Under the pieces are notes generated by a model. That model worked only from the letters and a program-made list of their open reading frames with translations. It ran no database searches and was not told where the DNA came from. Of a stretch of 64,000 bases of DNA, positions 1 to 12,266 are shown one piece after another. The stretch's first letter is position 1. Each line of letters opens with the position of its first letter. The stretch is from Camelus ferus. Its lineage: Eukaryota. A program made the position numbers and the translations under genes. The DNA lies in assembly GCF_009834535.1 (NCBI RefSeq), contig NC_045705.1, positions 32,302,001 through 32,366,000 of the forward strand. The letters run 5' to 3'.

Positions 1-530
1 TAGCCAACTGTGTGTCTTCTTTGGAAAACTCTCTGTTTAGGTCTTCTGCCCATTTATTTTGATTGGGTTGTTTGTTTATTTTGATATTGAGAAGCATGAG
101 GTATTTATATATTTTGCACATTAACATCTTGCCAGTCATATCATTTGAAAATATTTCCTCCCATTCCATAGGTTGTCTTTTGTTTTGCTGATGGTTTCGT
201 TTGCTGTGCAAAAGCTTTTAAGTTTAATTAGGTCTCATTTATTTATTTTTGCTCTTATTTATTTTGCCTTCAGAGACAGATCCAAAAATATATTGCTATA
301 AAAATGTCCAAGTGTGTTCTGCTTATGTTCTCTTCTAGCAGTTTTATGGTTTCTGGTCTTACATTTAGGTCTTTAATACGTTTTGAGTTTATTTTTGTGA
401 GGAAATGTTCAAATCTTACTGTTTTACATGTAGCTGTCCAATTTTCCCAGCACCACTTTTTGAGAAGACTGTCTTTTCTCCACTGTATATTTTTGCCTCC
501 TTTGTCACAGTTTGACCATAAGTGCATAAG
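1..530 (-). mobile_element. LINE-1 fragment (ORF2 C-terminal region), 5'-truncated, runs off window start
   Basis: Minus-strand ORF 270-527 reads [28 protein letters not shown]...[23 protein letters not shown], typical of the L1 ORF2p C-terminal region. Confidence 0.92.
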
Positions 531-1599
531 TTGATTCCTATGACTTTGTCAGGCTTGGGAGAACGTCTTATGGGGTCACTTTCTTAATGAGAGTATGAGG
601 TTCTCAAGTGCAAACATTACTGTCCTGCCACCAATGACTCCTCTTGTGAAAATACAGGAAGAATGGGAAACAGCCGAAGCTGCTACAGTAATGGAAAATT
701 TCTAAATGGTCTCACAGGCTTTAAATCCAGCTGGAAGTTTGCCTTGACAATAACTGCTGCTCTTGGTGTTTCTTTTATAATGTATTCATTCTCATTATGT
801 AAAAATTAATATTTTAAGGGATGACTATGGAGCTTTTTAGAATTATTTTCCACGGAGGGAGGGACCATGAAATACATCTTGGGATAAAGACGTAACCAAG
901 TTTGAGCCCCTTACATTCTGTACGGTGTCTTTCCTACTGACAGCTTTCTCTTCAGTTCCATTACTGACTTGCTTCTTGATAAACTTAATGGATTTGTTTG
1001 TTTTTTAACTTAATAATGGCTCAAGAAGTTTACACATCTTCATTCTGTGTATTTATATACATATTTATTTTTCTTCTGATTAACTTATGAGGCAGTATAG
1101 AAATTTTATATTAATTCACAAAAAAGATAAACTCTCATATTTGATAATTATATCTTTTGAGGATGTATAAATCAGGTGCTCATCAAAAGGATGTTACATT
1201 TTATGAGATGCAGAGTTAGTTCTATATTATCATGTGTCAGTAACTCATCTATTACCAAAAAAATACTCTGCGAAAAAGGAGTCTGAAAGTTCACTTTAAA
1301 TGAACTAACCATCTTTGTTAATCATTGAGTTATCCGATAACGATAATACTATTTTTTGTCAATTCAACTTTCCACATATCTTGATTTAATTAAATAAGAA
1401 TGTTGTATCCTCTCTAATCCAACATTTTTCAAAGATTTCAAAGATTTTGACATCAAAAATAGAATGAAATCCTTAATCACAAAAATCTACACAACTGTAT
1501 TCACAAAACACATTAATAACAGAATGTATCATCTTCAGTTACTCGTTTATATTTTTCTCTTTCATAATTTTCTAATAAACTTTTTTAGAGCACAAATCT

Positions 1600-1690
1600 T
1601 TATAATTATTGGCCAGGTTAATAGAACAGTGTCTGTCATATGGTAGACATTCAATAAATATTTGTAGGTAAAGGAATAAATTAATGAATA
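1600..1690 (+). mobile_element. L2 LINE 3' end remnant
   Basis: agaacagtgtctgtcatatggtagacattcaataaatatttg...aatgaat resembles the L2 3' terminus. Confidence 0.6.
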
Positions 1691-2979
1691 GGCTTGATTA
1701 TATTTTAAAATGTAACTTTTAAAATCTTTAAGTCAGTTTTATAAATGATTAGATTAATGATTCATCACTTCTTAGATTGTGAATATTTTTATGCATGTCC
1801 TTTATCTAAGGGTTAATCTCAAGATGCTAATATTTTACTCTAATAAGTATATTCAATTTAATAAGATAAATATATGTAATAAGTTGTAATTTAAGAATGT
1901 AGGACAAACAGGGCCTTTTTTCATTTCTGTTGCTAAAATGCATGTGTTTTTATTTTAATAGAAAAGAATGAAAATATGTTGATTCATTAAATAGCTGTGA
2001 TATCTACTGATTTCTCTTGAGATTCAATAAGAAATGACATAGTTAGGAAACGTTCTGAGTTTGAGCCCTATAGCTTCCCCAATGCAAAAATGTAGTAATT
2101 CACAATTTTCAAAGGGATTTATTACACTAAAGTGAAAAAAAAAAAGCTAGGAAGGAGTCCTCATCCCTATTAATTATCTCTCAGGCTAACCATTGTTTAC
2201 AGTACTTATCCCTTCAGTAGTAATTTCTCTGTGTACTCTTGAAATTTGAGCTAAAAAATACACCAAAGATTATTGTTAATGAGACTCGTTGGGCATTCAC
2301 TTTGCATGGTTAGTGTTAGTCTGTCTCAAAAGGTGGCAGCATTAGCACTCCAAATTGGTGGTGAAATGAAAATGCTTTCAAAAAGAGTGGACAGTTACCT
2401 TTAAAGTCATATCTTCTTTCGCAATTTAGTGGTTAAATGTTTATACTTTATTTGCTTGAAATCTTTCCAAAAGATTTACCATTGCAAATGAGTTTTTCCT
2501 CGTCTTCTTTTATGTCAGTAATGATGCACAGCAAGTTAGCTAAATTGCATTTGGAGGTTCAAATATAATTTTAATTAGTACTTACAACTGAATTGACATC
2601 TTATCATCAATGCTAATAAGCAGAAGTTTAGTGATTGTCACTTTAAAATTATGTAAAATAAAATGATGTCCAATGTTGCCAATTCCAGGTAACAATTCAC
2701 TGGTGGGTGCAGCCAGCGGATGAAGGAACCCTCCAAAAAATAAATAAATTTTTAAGTGTATAAGGAATAGACTCATGTAAAGGGGTAAAATGACAAATTA
2801 TAAAAATTAATAAAATAGTTTGTGTGAGTTGTTAAATATAAGATCAATATCTGGCCTGATGCATTTTCTCATCACTGCAGAAAATATTGAGAATGTAATT
2901 TTTTTAAGAATAACATTTATATTATACAAGATCCTGGAAAAATAGCTCCAACAATAACTACTCAAAACTTTTATCAAGA

Positions 2980-3900
2980 AAATTATAAAATATCATTAAA
3001 AGATTTTATGTAAACTGTATAAACAGTGACACTATGTTTATGAGAATGATTCAGTATTTTAAAGATGTAAGTTTGGCAAAATTGGTCTGTAAATACAACG
3101 CAATTCCCAACCAAATTTCAAAAATATTCTAAAAGTGACAAGCTAGTTGTAAAATTTTGATGGAATAACCCAGAACAAAAAGATCAAGCCACTCCTATAG
3201 AAGTATCTAGGAGATTTCATTGCCATTATATGAAGGAAAGCTTAGCAACAGACTGCTGATCAGACTAGACGGTCCAGAAACACATCTACACTTAAATAAA
3301 AATGTAATACATTCTAGGGTATCACTGAAAATAAATGGAGAACATATTTTTTCAAAAACAGTGGGGAAAACGTTCTATCTGTATTCAAAAAGAAAAGATT
3401 CCCTCCCTAATACAATAGACAAAAAAATCATCCCAGCTGTGTTAAAGATTTAAATATTTGTCACCTCCATTATGTTGGCAAAATATGTTACATGCCTAAC
3501 AAGCATTAGCAATGATACAGAATCTAAGGTATGATGTGCTGTTCTTGAGAATATAAATATGAAACAAAAATTTAGAAAACATTTTGTTGTATTTTAAAGT
3601 TGAACCTATGTATACCCTGTATCTATTCAGTGTCACATCTAGGGGTGGACCTAGACAAACGCTTGCACGCGTGCACTGAGTGACGTCTAAAGTAACACTC
3701 ACATCAGCGCTGGTCCTGATAAAATAAAATTCACAATTCAATTATGACACATCAAGGAAAATAATGCTACAACATTTCAAAATTTAGAGTACAAGGATAC
3801 CTATGAACATGGGCAAATTTTAGAAACATAATATCGAAGAAAAACACAAGCAATATAGGAGACTAACTATAACTTGCATTTATAATATTGAAAAATAAAA
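2980..3900 (+). mobile_element. Ancient degraded L1M fragment (ORF2 3' part and 3' UTR)
   Basis: aaagatgtaagtttggcaaaattggtctgtaaatacaacgcaattccc and cttgcacgcgtgcac resemble L1 consensus segments; no ORF; boundaries approximate. Confidence 0.65.
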
Positions 3901-3989
3901 ATCAAATTAGTAAAATATAGTTTCAAAGATATAGATGAATTTATTTTTAAAATTGAAAGCTAGGGAATCATAAAAAAAAACAGAAGAAT

Positions 3990-4790
3990 GCTTTATTATC
4001 ATTTTTGAGGTGTATTTAGTTTACAATATTACATTAGTTTCAGGTGTGCAACATAGTGACTCAAAATTTTTATAGATTATACCCCACTTAAGTTTTATAT
4101 AAAATATTGGCTGTATTCCATGTGCTGTACAATGTAGCCTTGTAGCTCATTTAGTTTCTACCTTTTAATCCCCTACCTCTATCTTGCTCCTTGCTCCTTC
4201 CTTCTTCCCATTGGTAACCACAAGTTTGTTCTCTGTATCTGTGATTCTGTTTGTATTTTGTCATATTCATTTGTCTGTTTTATTTTTTAGGTTCCACATA
4301 TAAGTGATAACATACAGTATTTGTCTTTCCCTGTCTGACTTATTTCACAAAGCATAATACCCTGCAGGTCCATCCATGTTGCTGCAAATGGCAACACTTC
4401 ATTCCTGTCTATGGCTGAGCAGTATTCAATTGCGTATATACCACATCTCCTCCATCCATTTGTCTGCTGATGGACACTTGGGTTGCTTCCACATCTTGGC
4501 TACAGTAAATAGAGCTGATATGAATATTGGTGTGCATGTATCCTTTTGAATCAGTGTTTNNNNNNNNNNNNNNNNNNNNNNNNNNNNNNNNNNNNNNNNN
4601 NNNNNNNNNNNNNNNNNNNNNNNNNNNNNNNNNNNNNNNNNNNNNNNNNNNNNNNNNNNNNNNNNNNNNNNNNNNNNNNNNNNNNNNNNNNNNNNNNNNN
4701 NNNNNNNNNNNNNNNNNNNNNNNNNNNNNNNNNTCTTTTTGATGACAGCCATTCTGACAGGTAAGAGGTGATATCATATTGTGATTGTTA
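3990..4790 (-). mobile_element. LINE-1 3' end (ORF2 C-terminus plus 3' UTR), spanning an assembly gap
   Basis: Minus frame TLIQKDTCTPIFISALFTVAKMWKQPKCPSADKWMEEMWYI is the L1 ORF2p C-terminus; T-rich tail near 3990-4010. Confidence 0.9.
4560..4733. other. Assembly gap (174 N)
   Basis: Run of N in the sequence, inside the L1 copy. Confidence 0.99.
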
Positions 4791-5045
4791 TTGTCAAGGA
4801 AGCAAGAACCGGGTGATCACAGAGAACTGATTTTGGCGATACTCAAAAAGCTTTTTTTTTTTTTAATTTAACTCAGGAGGTAAGTTTATATGTATTCATT
4901 TATTTTGTTTCCAGATTTGCATATTTTATTTTTAAAATAAAGTTTCATATTTAGTATCATATAAAAATTAAAAGTTTAAAACCTTAAGTTAAAAAAAAAA
5001 GGAAAGAAAAATGCTTGAGGAACATTTTCCAAATTGAGCACTTTT

Positions 5046-5790
5046 GTCAGAGGTGCCCAGGACCGTCAGGCCTGGTGACTCACTAGACGGCCTCGCACAA
5101 CCCAGGAAAGCCATCGCACACGTGGTCATGGTTTACCACAGCTACAGGTACAGACTGAAATCAGCAAGAGAAAAATGTGGCTAGAACAGCGTGAAGGAGG
5201 ACCAGGCATGAGCTTCCACCATCCTCTCCTGGTGGAGTCACTCAGTTGGTGGGACAATTGAATTCTCCCGGCAGTGTTGTCTGACAACTCTTAGGAAGTA
5301 TTGTCAACAGGAAGAACTTAGACAAGTCTCCATGTCCAGAGTTTTATTAGGGGTTTATTCACAGGCATGGATAGCCCACAAAACCATCTTTTCTCAAGCT
5401 GCCCCACCCCACAGTTAAAGCTGATTACAATTCAGGGTAGCCCAAAGCCCCAGGTGTACAAAACAAAAACAAAACCTAAACAAGCAAAGAAACAAAGCAG
5501 TCATCAAGTTTTTTGAGGTAATTAGGTTTATTTATTTATTTTAACGGTGATACTAGGGATTGAACCCAGGACCTCACGTATGCTAAGTACTCACTCTACC
5601 ACTGAGCTACACCCTCCCGCAGGCATTCACCATTAATTACATCAGTGGCACCAACTGTTTGATGTGGACCCCAGGATACAGAAATGCTTTTATCAGACAG
5701 GATATTCCAGGGTTTTAGAGGAGATCCCCCAGGAGCCAGTCAAGGACTAGTCTTGGAGACTTCAGGAATAGGAACTTTGGGCAGGGAAGG
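5046..5790. mobile_element. MER21-like ERVL-class LTR interrupted by a SINE
   Basis: tgtcagaggtgcccaggacc...aaatcagcaagagaaaa...tcctctcctggtggagtcac...ttttatcagacaggatattccaggg follows the recalled MER21B consensus on both sides of the SINE. Confidence 0.65.
5509..5618 (-). mobile_element. tRNA-Ala-derived camelid SINE (Vic-1 type)
   Basis: Reverse complement gggagggtgtagctcagtggtagagtgag...gaggtcctgggttcaatccctagtatcacc plus (TAAA)n tail; A and B boxes present. Confidence 0.88.
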
Positions 5791-5849
5791 GGAAGTCCAA
5801 GGAGACGGTATGTAGATGGACTTCCTGGTACGGGCTCAGTGCTCCATCT

Positions 5850-6345
5850 ACAACATTCTTGTGAAGTTGTTGCATCCGTCCTCTGTAGCTCTTGGCTCGG
5901 TCACTTTAGAGCCTTTCATATGTGGGACAGACTTCCTTCTAAGTTAGCAATCATGGCTCCGCAGAATTGGGTGACATCCCAGGGTCTTCTCAGCCCCCAA
6001 GACTGAGGCTAAGGAAACATATTTCTTCTTCCACCTCCCTAGAAACTAAAACTTGGGCATGCACACTACTCTAAGCTAGTCCAAAATTTTGTTCCTGACT
6101 TTGAGGGCAGCAGAAGTGAGAAATTATTCCCAACGCCTGGCAGTGCGAGTAGCTGGCCATTGTCACAGGTGAGGCAAACTCTTCCTGTGGTGGCCTCCTC
6201 ACTCTTGTCTTATTTCCTTTGCTTCCTGCTAGTTTTCTTGGTGAGTTCTCCAGGTTTCTATCCAGTCTGTGAGTTATTCAATATCTTTAAGCAAACTCAT
6301 TTTGTGCTTTAAGTAAGCAAAGCTGTTTTACTGCTGTCTTTGCCA
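5850..6345 (+). mobile_element. Ancient ERVL/MaLR-type LTR remnant
   Basis: Ends ...agcaaactcattttgtgctttaagtaagcaaagctgttttactgctgtctttgccaa, like the 3' ends of MLT1J/LTR33/LTR40-type LTRs. Confidence 0.45.
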
Positions 6346-7495
6346 ATATCACTGTGTGTAAAACATGATTGGAACCCTTAAAGTGAAAGATAATCTTTGT
6401 GTTTTAATGGCACACACATTCCTTATTAAAAAAAAAAAAAGGAAGAAAAAGGAAAAAATTTGGCAATTACATTTTTTAATTAATTAAGAAATTACTATTC
6501 TTTCCTATTTTTTCTTTTTACTATTTCCTTTTGGCAGACATGTAGGTTTATTATATGAAAAAGAAAAAAAAAGAAAGAAAGAAAAATAATTTTGACAGCT
6601 TTTCTCACTCCAAAAATGTGTAAGCTGTATTTTTCCAGCTTCTAGTTTTTCACACACATCGCTATTTTAGTTGAAGAGAGATGGTCCTTCTTTCTAAAGG
6701 CACTAATCTTTCATCTGTTAAATAAGACAGTCTTCTAACAGGAACAAAACTCATTTCAGTTTTCCCACCAGAACTGGGAAAGAGGCCAATGGTTTGCAGT
6801 AAGCCTGACATCCTGTATTTATCCATTCTCCATGCTGTCTATCTTAGGAGTCTTAAGATACAGGCTCTACACCATTGCCAATAACTTAAAGAAAATTAAA
6901 ATCTAGAACTGCTTTTTAAAGTATTAATAAATATTGCTGTAAATACTGATATACAAAAGAAAACTAAGACATCTTATCACTGGAGGCATATTTCCTTCTA
7001 GTCCTGCAGAAAATTGAGAAACAAACTAAAATTAGGGTGCCTGGGATTCCTCTCAATAGTGCTGACCTTGCACTTCAGAATTCCCTCGTACAACTAAGTG
7101 TTTTAAAGTATCTTTAAGTATCTGATAGAGATCATAAAATGTACAGATTTTAATTGGCTGGTAGAATACAAGGAATTTTGTTGTTGTTTTTCATCTTAGA
7201 TCTTTCAGTGTGGGACACATGCAGTGATGAAACAGCCTACACAATAGTCAATTATGTTCATTTTCCTTCTTCATTTTTCTCCATTAAAATCATTCAAGCC
7301 ACACCACTGGAAAGAAGGTCATTGCCAATCCAAAATCCGCTGGGGTTGGGAAGTATCTTGGGATAATATCCCACTTGCCACAGACCAGACTATAAATACT
7401 CATCTCTTGTAAGACTTACGTATGAAACCTGGAGAGAAACGTTGTCAGCTTCTTGCACAAAATAAATTCTGCAATTCAAACTTCTAGATGGTGCT

Positions 7496-7504
7496 AAGGT
7501 AAGT
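7496..7504 (+). promoter_or_regulatory. Candidate splice donor of an OR5AS1 5' UTR exon
   Basis: AAG|GTAAGT (GT at 7499-7500), 1.7 kb upstream of the acceptor at 9190-9191. Confidence 0.4.
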
Positions 7505-8489
7505 GACTGATTCCCTAAAGCCTCAACAAAATGTCTGGTGTGAATGTAGCAAAGATAATGTTGCCTTAGATAAAATGCATCTTTACTGACTCTGTAGGGT
7601 TTTTCCACCTTTGTGTTGTGGGGAGAGGTGGTGGGGCGGCTGGAGGAGTGACTGGGGTTTATGGAACAGAAATCTGACCTCAGCTTACTCATGCCATTTT
7701 CCAAAAGTCACTGCCTGATTCATGGTGCTCCTTATTTCCATGATGGGGAAGGTGACTGTGCCTATTTGGGAATTTTAAGAAATCCAACGGTCTAATTAAT
7801 TAAGCTAAATTAAGTAAGCTAAACTTCATCAGTTTCTATGAGTCTGACTGACTTCTCTTCTCCTTGCACCTAGAAGATTGCAGGTCGTATTATTGGGAGA
7901 GGGGAAATTCTCAAGTCCCCATGCACAGCGGGAAGAATAGATCTCCGTTATTCGTTTGCCTTATTACTCACTACAGTGTTACACACTTAAGCCACTTCCA
8001 AAGATACATATCTTTAAGTACATATCTTTAACTTCCTGCTGAATATTCCATCAACTATAATTAATTTTCCATTGGCACCTGTCATAATTTTTTTCCTTGG
8101 TGATTTTTCTGTCTCTGTATTTTTCCCATATAGCCTCAGTTTAGAAGTTCATTAGTAAGTGCAGAGATACAGTTGTCCTTCAAAACAATGTCCCTGTGAC
8201 CTCACACCAGACATTTTCATATCCATACCCCAGACATAAGAAAGAGACAAAAACCTAGAGAAAGGAAAGCAATCACTATAGAGCTGTGTAAACAATTTAC
8301 TGCTGCCAAACAATTCATTTGCAAGTGCCCATGATGCCAAAGATAAGATGAATTTTGAGGCAACTGTCTGGGTATTTCAAGCTATTGAGTAAATAATTAA
8401 AAAGAAATAAGAGGATATATTCATTTGTTTTATAAATTTTATTTAATAAATATTCATATTAGTGTTTATTATGTAAGAGTTACATAAAT

Positions 8490-8640
8490 ATTTTACAAAT
8501 ATCTATTTGTTTATCCTTCTAACCATCAAAGAGCGATTAAATAACTTTATCAAGGTCATGCAAGCAGTAAGTAACAAAGCTAAGATTTGAACCCAGTCAT
8601 CTCTCGCATACCTGCTGTGCTCTTAACTGTCATGTTAAGC
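8490..8640 (-). mobile_element. MIR SINE remnant
   Basis: ttaaataactttatcaaggtcatgcaagcagtaagtaacaaagctaagatttgaacccag is the antisense MIR core. Confidence 0.65.
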
Positions 8641-8909
8641 TACCTCCCAAGATCACAGATACTCTTCTGTAGATTTACCTAGTTTACCTGTGAGCACTTC
8701 CCCCCTAGAGTTTTTCTCAGCTATATGTTTATTTACGTGGAAGAGTGTAATTTTAGGATTGGAAATATAGAGCTTTGCCAATAAGGATCTCGCTAGTTCT
8801 CCGACTTCTTCCAGTCCTTATCAGCTGAGCCACATTTATTCCCTTTCATCCTGAAAGGAGTTAGTATCATCTCTTAATGTGCACATCTTTTAAAGAATCA
8901 CTGCATCTT

Positions 8910-9021
8910 TAAAAAACATTTAATTGAAGTACAGTCAGTTAACAACGTGTCAATTTCTGGTATAAATAAAATAAAGTAAAATAAACAATAAGGTCCTACT
9001 GTAAAAAAAAGTAAATAACAT
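8910..9021 (-). mobile_element. 112-bp inverted and truncated L1 insertion with 17-bp target site duplication
   Basis: Identical aagaatcactgcatctt at 8893-8909 and 9022-9038; antisense L1 3' tip followed by a sense L1 3' UTR piece (aataaacaataaggtcctactgta). Confidence 0.8.
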
Positions 9022-9158
9022 AAGAATCACTGCATCTTAAAACACCTGCACTGAATAACATTATCTGGAATCAGTGAAGATTTTTAATTATCTATTTTAA
9101 AGGAAGTGACAAAAAAGAAAACAAGCCAAATGCGTCACAGAAAATGCCCTAACTGTGG

Positions 9159-9191
9159 TTTTATTATCCTTGTATTTTGCTTCCTTAAAAG
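9159..9191 (+). promoter_or_regulatory. Candidate splice acceptor of the OR5AS1 coding exon
   Basis: Pyrimidine tract ttttattatccttgtattttgcttcctt then AAAAG (AG at 9190-9191), about 100 nt before the ATG. Confidence 0.5.
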
Positions 9192-9288
9192 GAAGAATAA
9201 AGATATTCTTGGTTCATCCATCACTCAAGCCAACTCATGTGTTCTGATACCATCCACATCGGATGAGAAAAACAAGAAAGCCAAGAAG

Positions 9289-10227
9289 ATGTTGGAGAGT
9301 AATTATACCATGCCAATTGAATTTCTGCTTGTTGGATTCACAGATTACCTACCTCTCAGGGTCACACTATTCTTGGTATTTCTCATAGTATACACACTCA
9401 CGGTCATGGGAAACATAGGCTTAATAATTCTAGTTAACATCGACTCGAGCCTTCAAACCCCCATGTATTATTTCCTCAGCAACTTGTCTTTCTTAGACTT
9501 CAGCTATTCCACAGCCATCACGCCTAAAATGCTGGTGGATTTCTTAGCATCCAAGAAAAGCATCTCCCCCTACGGCTGTGCACTGCAGATGTTTTTCTTC
9601 GGCTGTTTTGCTGATGCTGAGTGCCTTCTCCTGGCAGCAATGGCCTTCGACCGCTATGCCGCCATCTGCAATCCACTGCTCTATTCAACACTTATGTCTC
9701 GGAGAGTCTGTCTCTGCTGCGTTGTGCTGGTTTACGTCAGCGGAAGTATGACTTCGATGGTACACGTCTGCCTTACGTTCAGGATGCCATTCTGTGGCTC
9801 CAATATCATCAATCATTTTTTCTGTGATATCCCACCTCTGCTGGCTTTATCCTGTGCAGACACGCATATCAATGAGCTTCTGCTCTTTACCTTGTGTGGC
9901 TTCATCCAGACCAGCACTTTTGTGGTCATATTTCTCTCTTACTTCTGGATCCTCATCACTGTTTTGGGCATCAAGTCCTCAGGTGGCAGAAGCAAAACGT
10001 TCTCCACCTGTGCTTCCCATCTCATAGCCGTCACCTTATTCTATGGAACACTCCTGTTCATGTACTTACGTCCCACCACCAGCTATTCCCTAGGCACTGA
10101 TAAAGTAGTTGCAGTGTTTTATACTGTTGTCTTCCCCATGGTTAACCCAATAATCTACAGCTTCAGAAACAAGGATGTAAAAAATGCCCTCAAAAAGCTG
10201 TTAGACAGAAACCGGACTTTCAGTTGA
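9289..10227 (+). CDS. OR5AS1: Olfactory receptor 5AS1, intact, 312 aa
   Basis: ATG at 9289 gives [28 protein letters not shown], matching the recalled human OR5AS1 N-terminus; motifs [37 protein letters not shown]; N-glycosylation site NYT. The longer GTG-started ORF from 9106 is not the real start. Confidence 0.95.
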   Translation: MLESNYTMPIEFLLVGFTDYLPLRVTLFLVFLIVYTLTVMGNIGLIILVNIDSSLQTPMYYFLSNLSFLDFSYSTAITPKMLVDFLASKKSISPYGCALQMFFFGCFADAECLLLAAMAFDRYAAICNPLLYSTLMSRRVCLCCVVLVYVSGSMTSMVHVCLTFRMPFCGSNIINHFFCDIPPLLALSCADTHINELLLFTLCGFIQTSTFVVIFLSYFWILITVLGIKSSGGRSKTFSTCASHLIAVTLFYGTLLFMYLRPTTSYSLGTDKVVAVFYTVVFPMVNPIIYSFRNKDVKNALKKLLDRNRTFS

Positions 10228-10489
10228 ATAAGAATTTGAATCCTGTAGTAATTTTCAAGGCTTAGCCTAACCCTTCAGTCTCATCAATATTATGCCATGT
10301 GTCAACTATTTTAAGTGTTGACCACTTTCCACTTTCCAGACATAAAGATAAGTTTTCATCTTTCATACTTTAAAACGCTTTTGTCCTCTTACAAAATTCT
10401 GCTCTGTGAAACAATCCTGAATTAAAATAAATGATAGTAATTTCTCTCTATTTAGTGTTCTTAAACTATGTTGTACATTGATTTATTAT

Positions 10490-10705
10490 ATTCTTTATCG
10501 TGTTTCATTGAAGGTATCTGTTGGTCTGTCTGAATTCACCCATATTAGAAACTTCTTGGCAGCTGGTAATATGTATCTTGGTTGATTTTTCCAAAACCTA
10601 TGTGTCACCTGGTATGTGGTATTTCCTCATTACATGTCTACTTAATGAATGAATGAATGAACAAATGGATAGAATAGATGGACGGATGGCTGGATGAGTG
10701 AGTAA
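10490..10705 (+). mobile_element. L2 LINE 3' end with (GAAT)n/(GGAT)n tail
   Basis: ...acttaatgaatgaatgaatgaacaaatggatagaatagatggacggatgg, the characteristic L2 tail. Confidence 0.6.
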
Positions 10706-11289
10706 ATCTAACTTTTGGTGTTTGGGAAAATAAATCTAGACTCTGCACTTACGGAACATTTACCATCAGGGAAATTTGATATTCCTCATATTTGTCACAG
10801 GTGATGGTGGTTTCACTGACTCTCAGGAAATGAGACAGAAGGTACATAACAATAGTCTCTTTAATATTAGAGCAGAGTGGGGCTATAGCACACTCCTTCT
10901 CTTTGGGCTGGACTGATTGTTCTAATAGATCTTCTGCTATTGCATTCACAGCAAGTATGTATGAAAAGCAAACACATTTGCAAAGCTCCTGGAGACTATA
11001 AGCTGTGCCCATTACTAATTTTTTGCCCAGATGTTACTGACATAGTCTTTGAGGCTCTATCGTCAAGAAGAAGTGAATGATTGCTCTGATTATTTTATTC
11101 TGTAAACTGACAATGCAAACCAATTGGAGCATGAACACTCCTTTCTCTGAGATCAATTGCAATGACTAAATTAGACATTTTCTGTGGTTGCTTTGGATAC
11201 TTGAGTCTCAATTTGATTTTCATTTTATTTTGTCAAAGGTGAAGATGCATACAGGTGAATACATAATGTTGTGCATTTTGTACTAATTA

Positions 11290-11430
11290 TAAAAATATAA
11301 ATTCCTGGATTCGTTTATACTGGGTGTAATCTTGTAAATGAAAATGGTAAAATAATTACCCATTGAAATTGGTTGTTTTTTGAAGAGTAGATGAATTAAT
11401 ATATGTAAAGCTACTAGTAAATGCATAATT
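11290..11430 (+). mobile_element. MIR SINE 3' part
   Basis: tgtaaatgaaaatggtaaaataattaccc...gaagagtagatgaattaatatatgtaaagc. Confidence 0.55.
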
Positions 11431-12044
11431 TGAGAATTAAATGATCAGATATGTATAAATCTCCTAGAATATGTGTAAAACTTTTTGTGTCTGTCACAAT
11501 GTAATGACATATGATTGCTCATTACTTTACCAATATTATATTACTATTTGATTTTAAGACAACAATTAGGGTTTGGTTTACTATAAGAAATTAGGAATTT
11601 TAAAAATATCTGTGAACCATTCCAAATGTTCTGAGATACTGCCAGAGACCAAAAAAAATGGAACCTAACATTTAACTTTGTGTCCCTTCATCATGTTAAA
11701 ACATTTGCTCTAGGCAAAAATGTCAGAGTACAGAGTACAACGCCATTCCTTTGTTCTTATTTTTGAGTGGTTTCTGAAATGTATGGGTTATTTTGGTCAT
11801 TCTTTTCATTTTATTGTATTTTCCTAATTAAAAACATTAAGGAGATTTCATATCATGAGTGAATTTCTTCTAATTATCCATCTATTGTGTTAATGCACAT
11901 AAGGTTGCATGAAGAATCAAATCAGCTTCCTTAATGGGAGCTTTGTAAGTTTGACTTATTTTTCATTTTTGAAAATAAATTAGTCTAAAATAAGTAAACT
12001 ACAGTGTATTCTAAACTATAAAATTGTTAAGAATTGATCTAGCC

Positions 12045-12266
12045 TAGAGTTTCTTAAAGTGGCACTAGTGACGTTTTGGACCAATTCTCCTTTCTTGGGA
12101 GAAGAAGGGGAGGAAGGTCTAAGTTGCACACTTTGGGTGTTTAGCAGCATCCCTGGTCTCTGCTCACTAGGTCTCAGTGGCACATTCCCCATGTGTGATA
12201 ACCGAAAATATCCACTTTGTCAAATATTCCTTTGGAGGCAAAATTATCCCGGGCTTAGAACTGCCG
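12045..12266 (-). mobile_element. MER20 hAT-Charlie MITE
   Basis: tgtttagcagcatccctggtctctgctcactag...tgtcaaatattcctttggaggcaaaattatccc matches the reverse MER20 consensus; length about 220 bp. Confidence 0.8.

Noticed and set aside
4409-4777. ORFs spanning the N run
   Set aside because: Artefacts of the gap; the readable parts are L1 ORF2
9106-9288. 61-aa N-terminal extension of OR5AS1 in the ORF track
   Set aside because: Starts at GTG, spans a predicted intron and acceptor, and has no OR similarity; the ATG at 9289 gives the standard OR N-terminus
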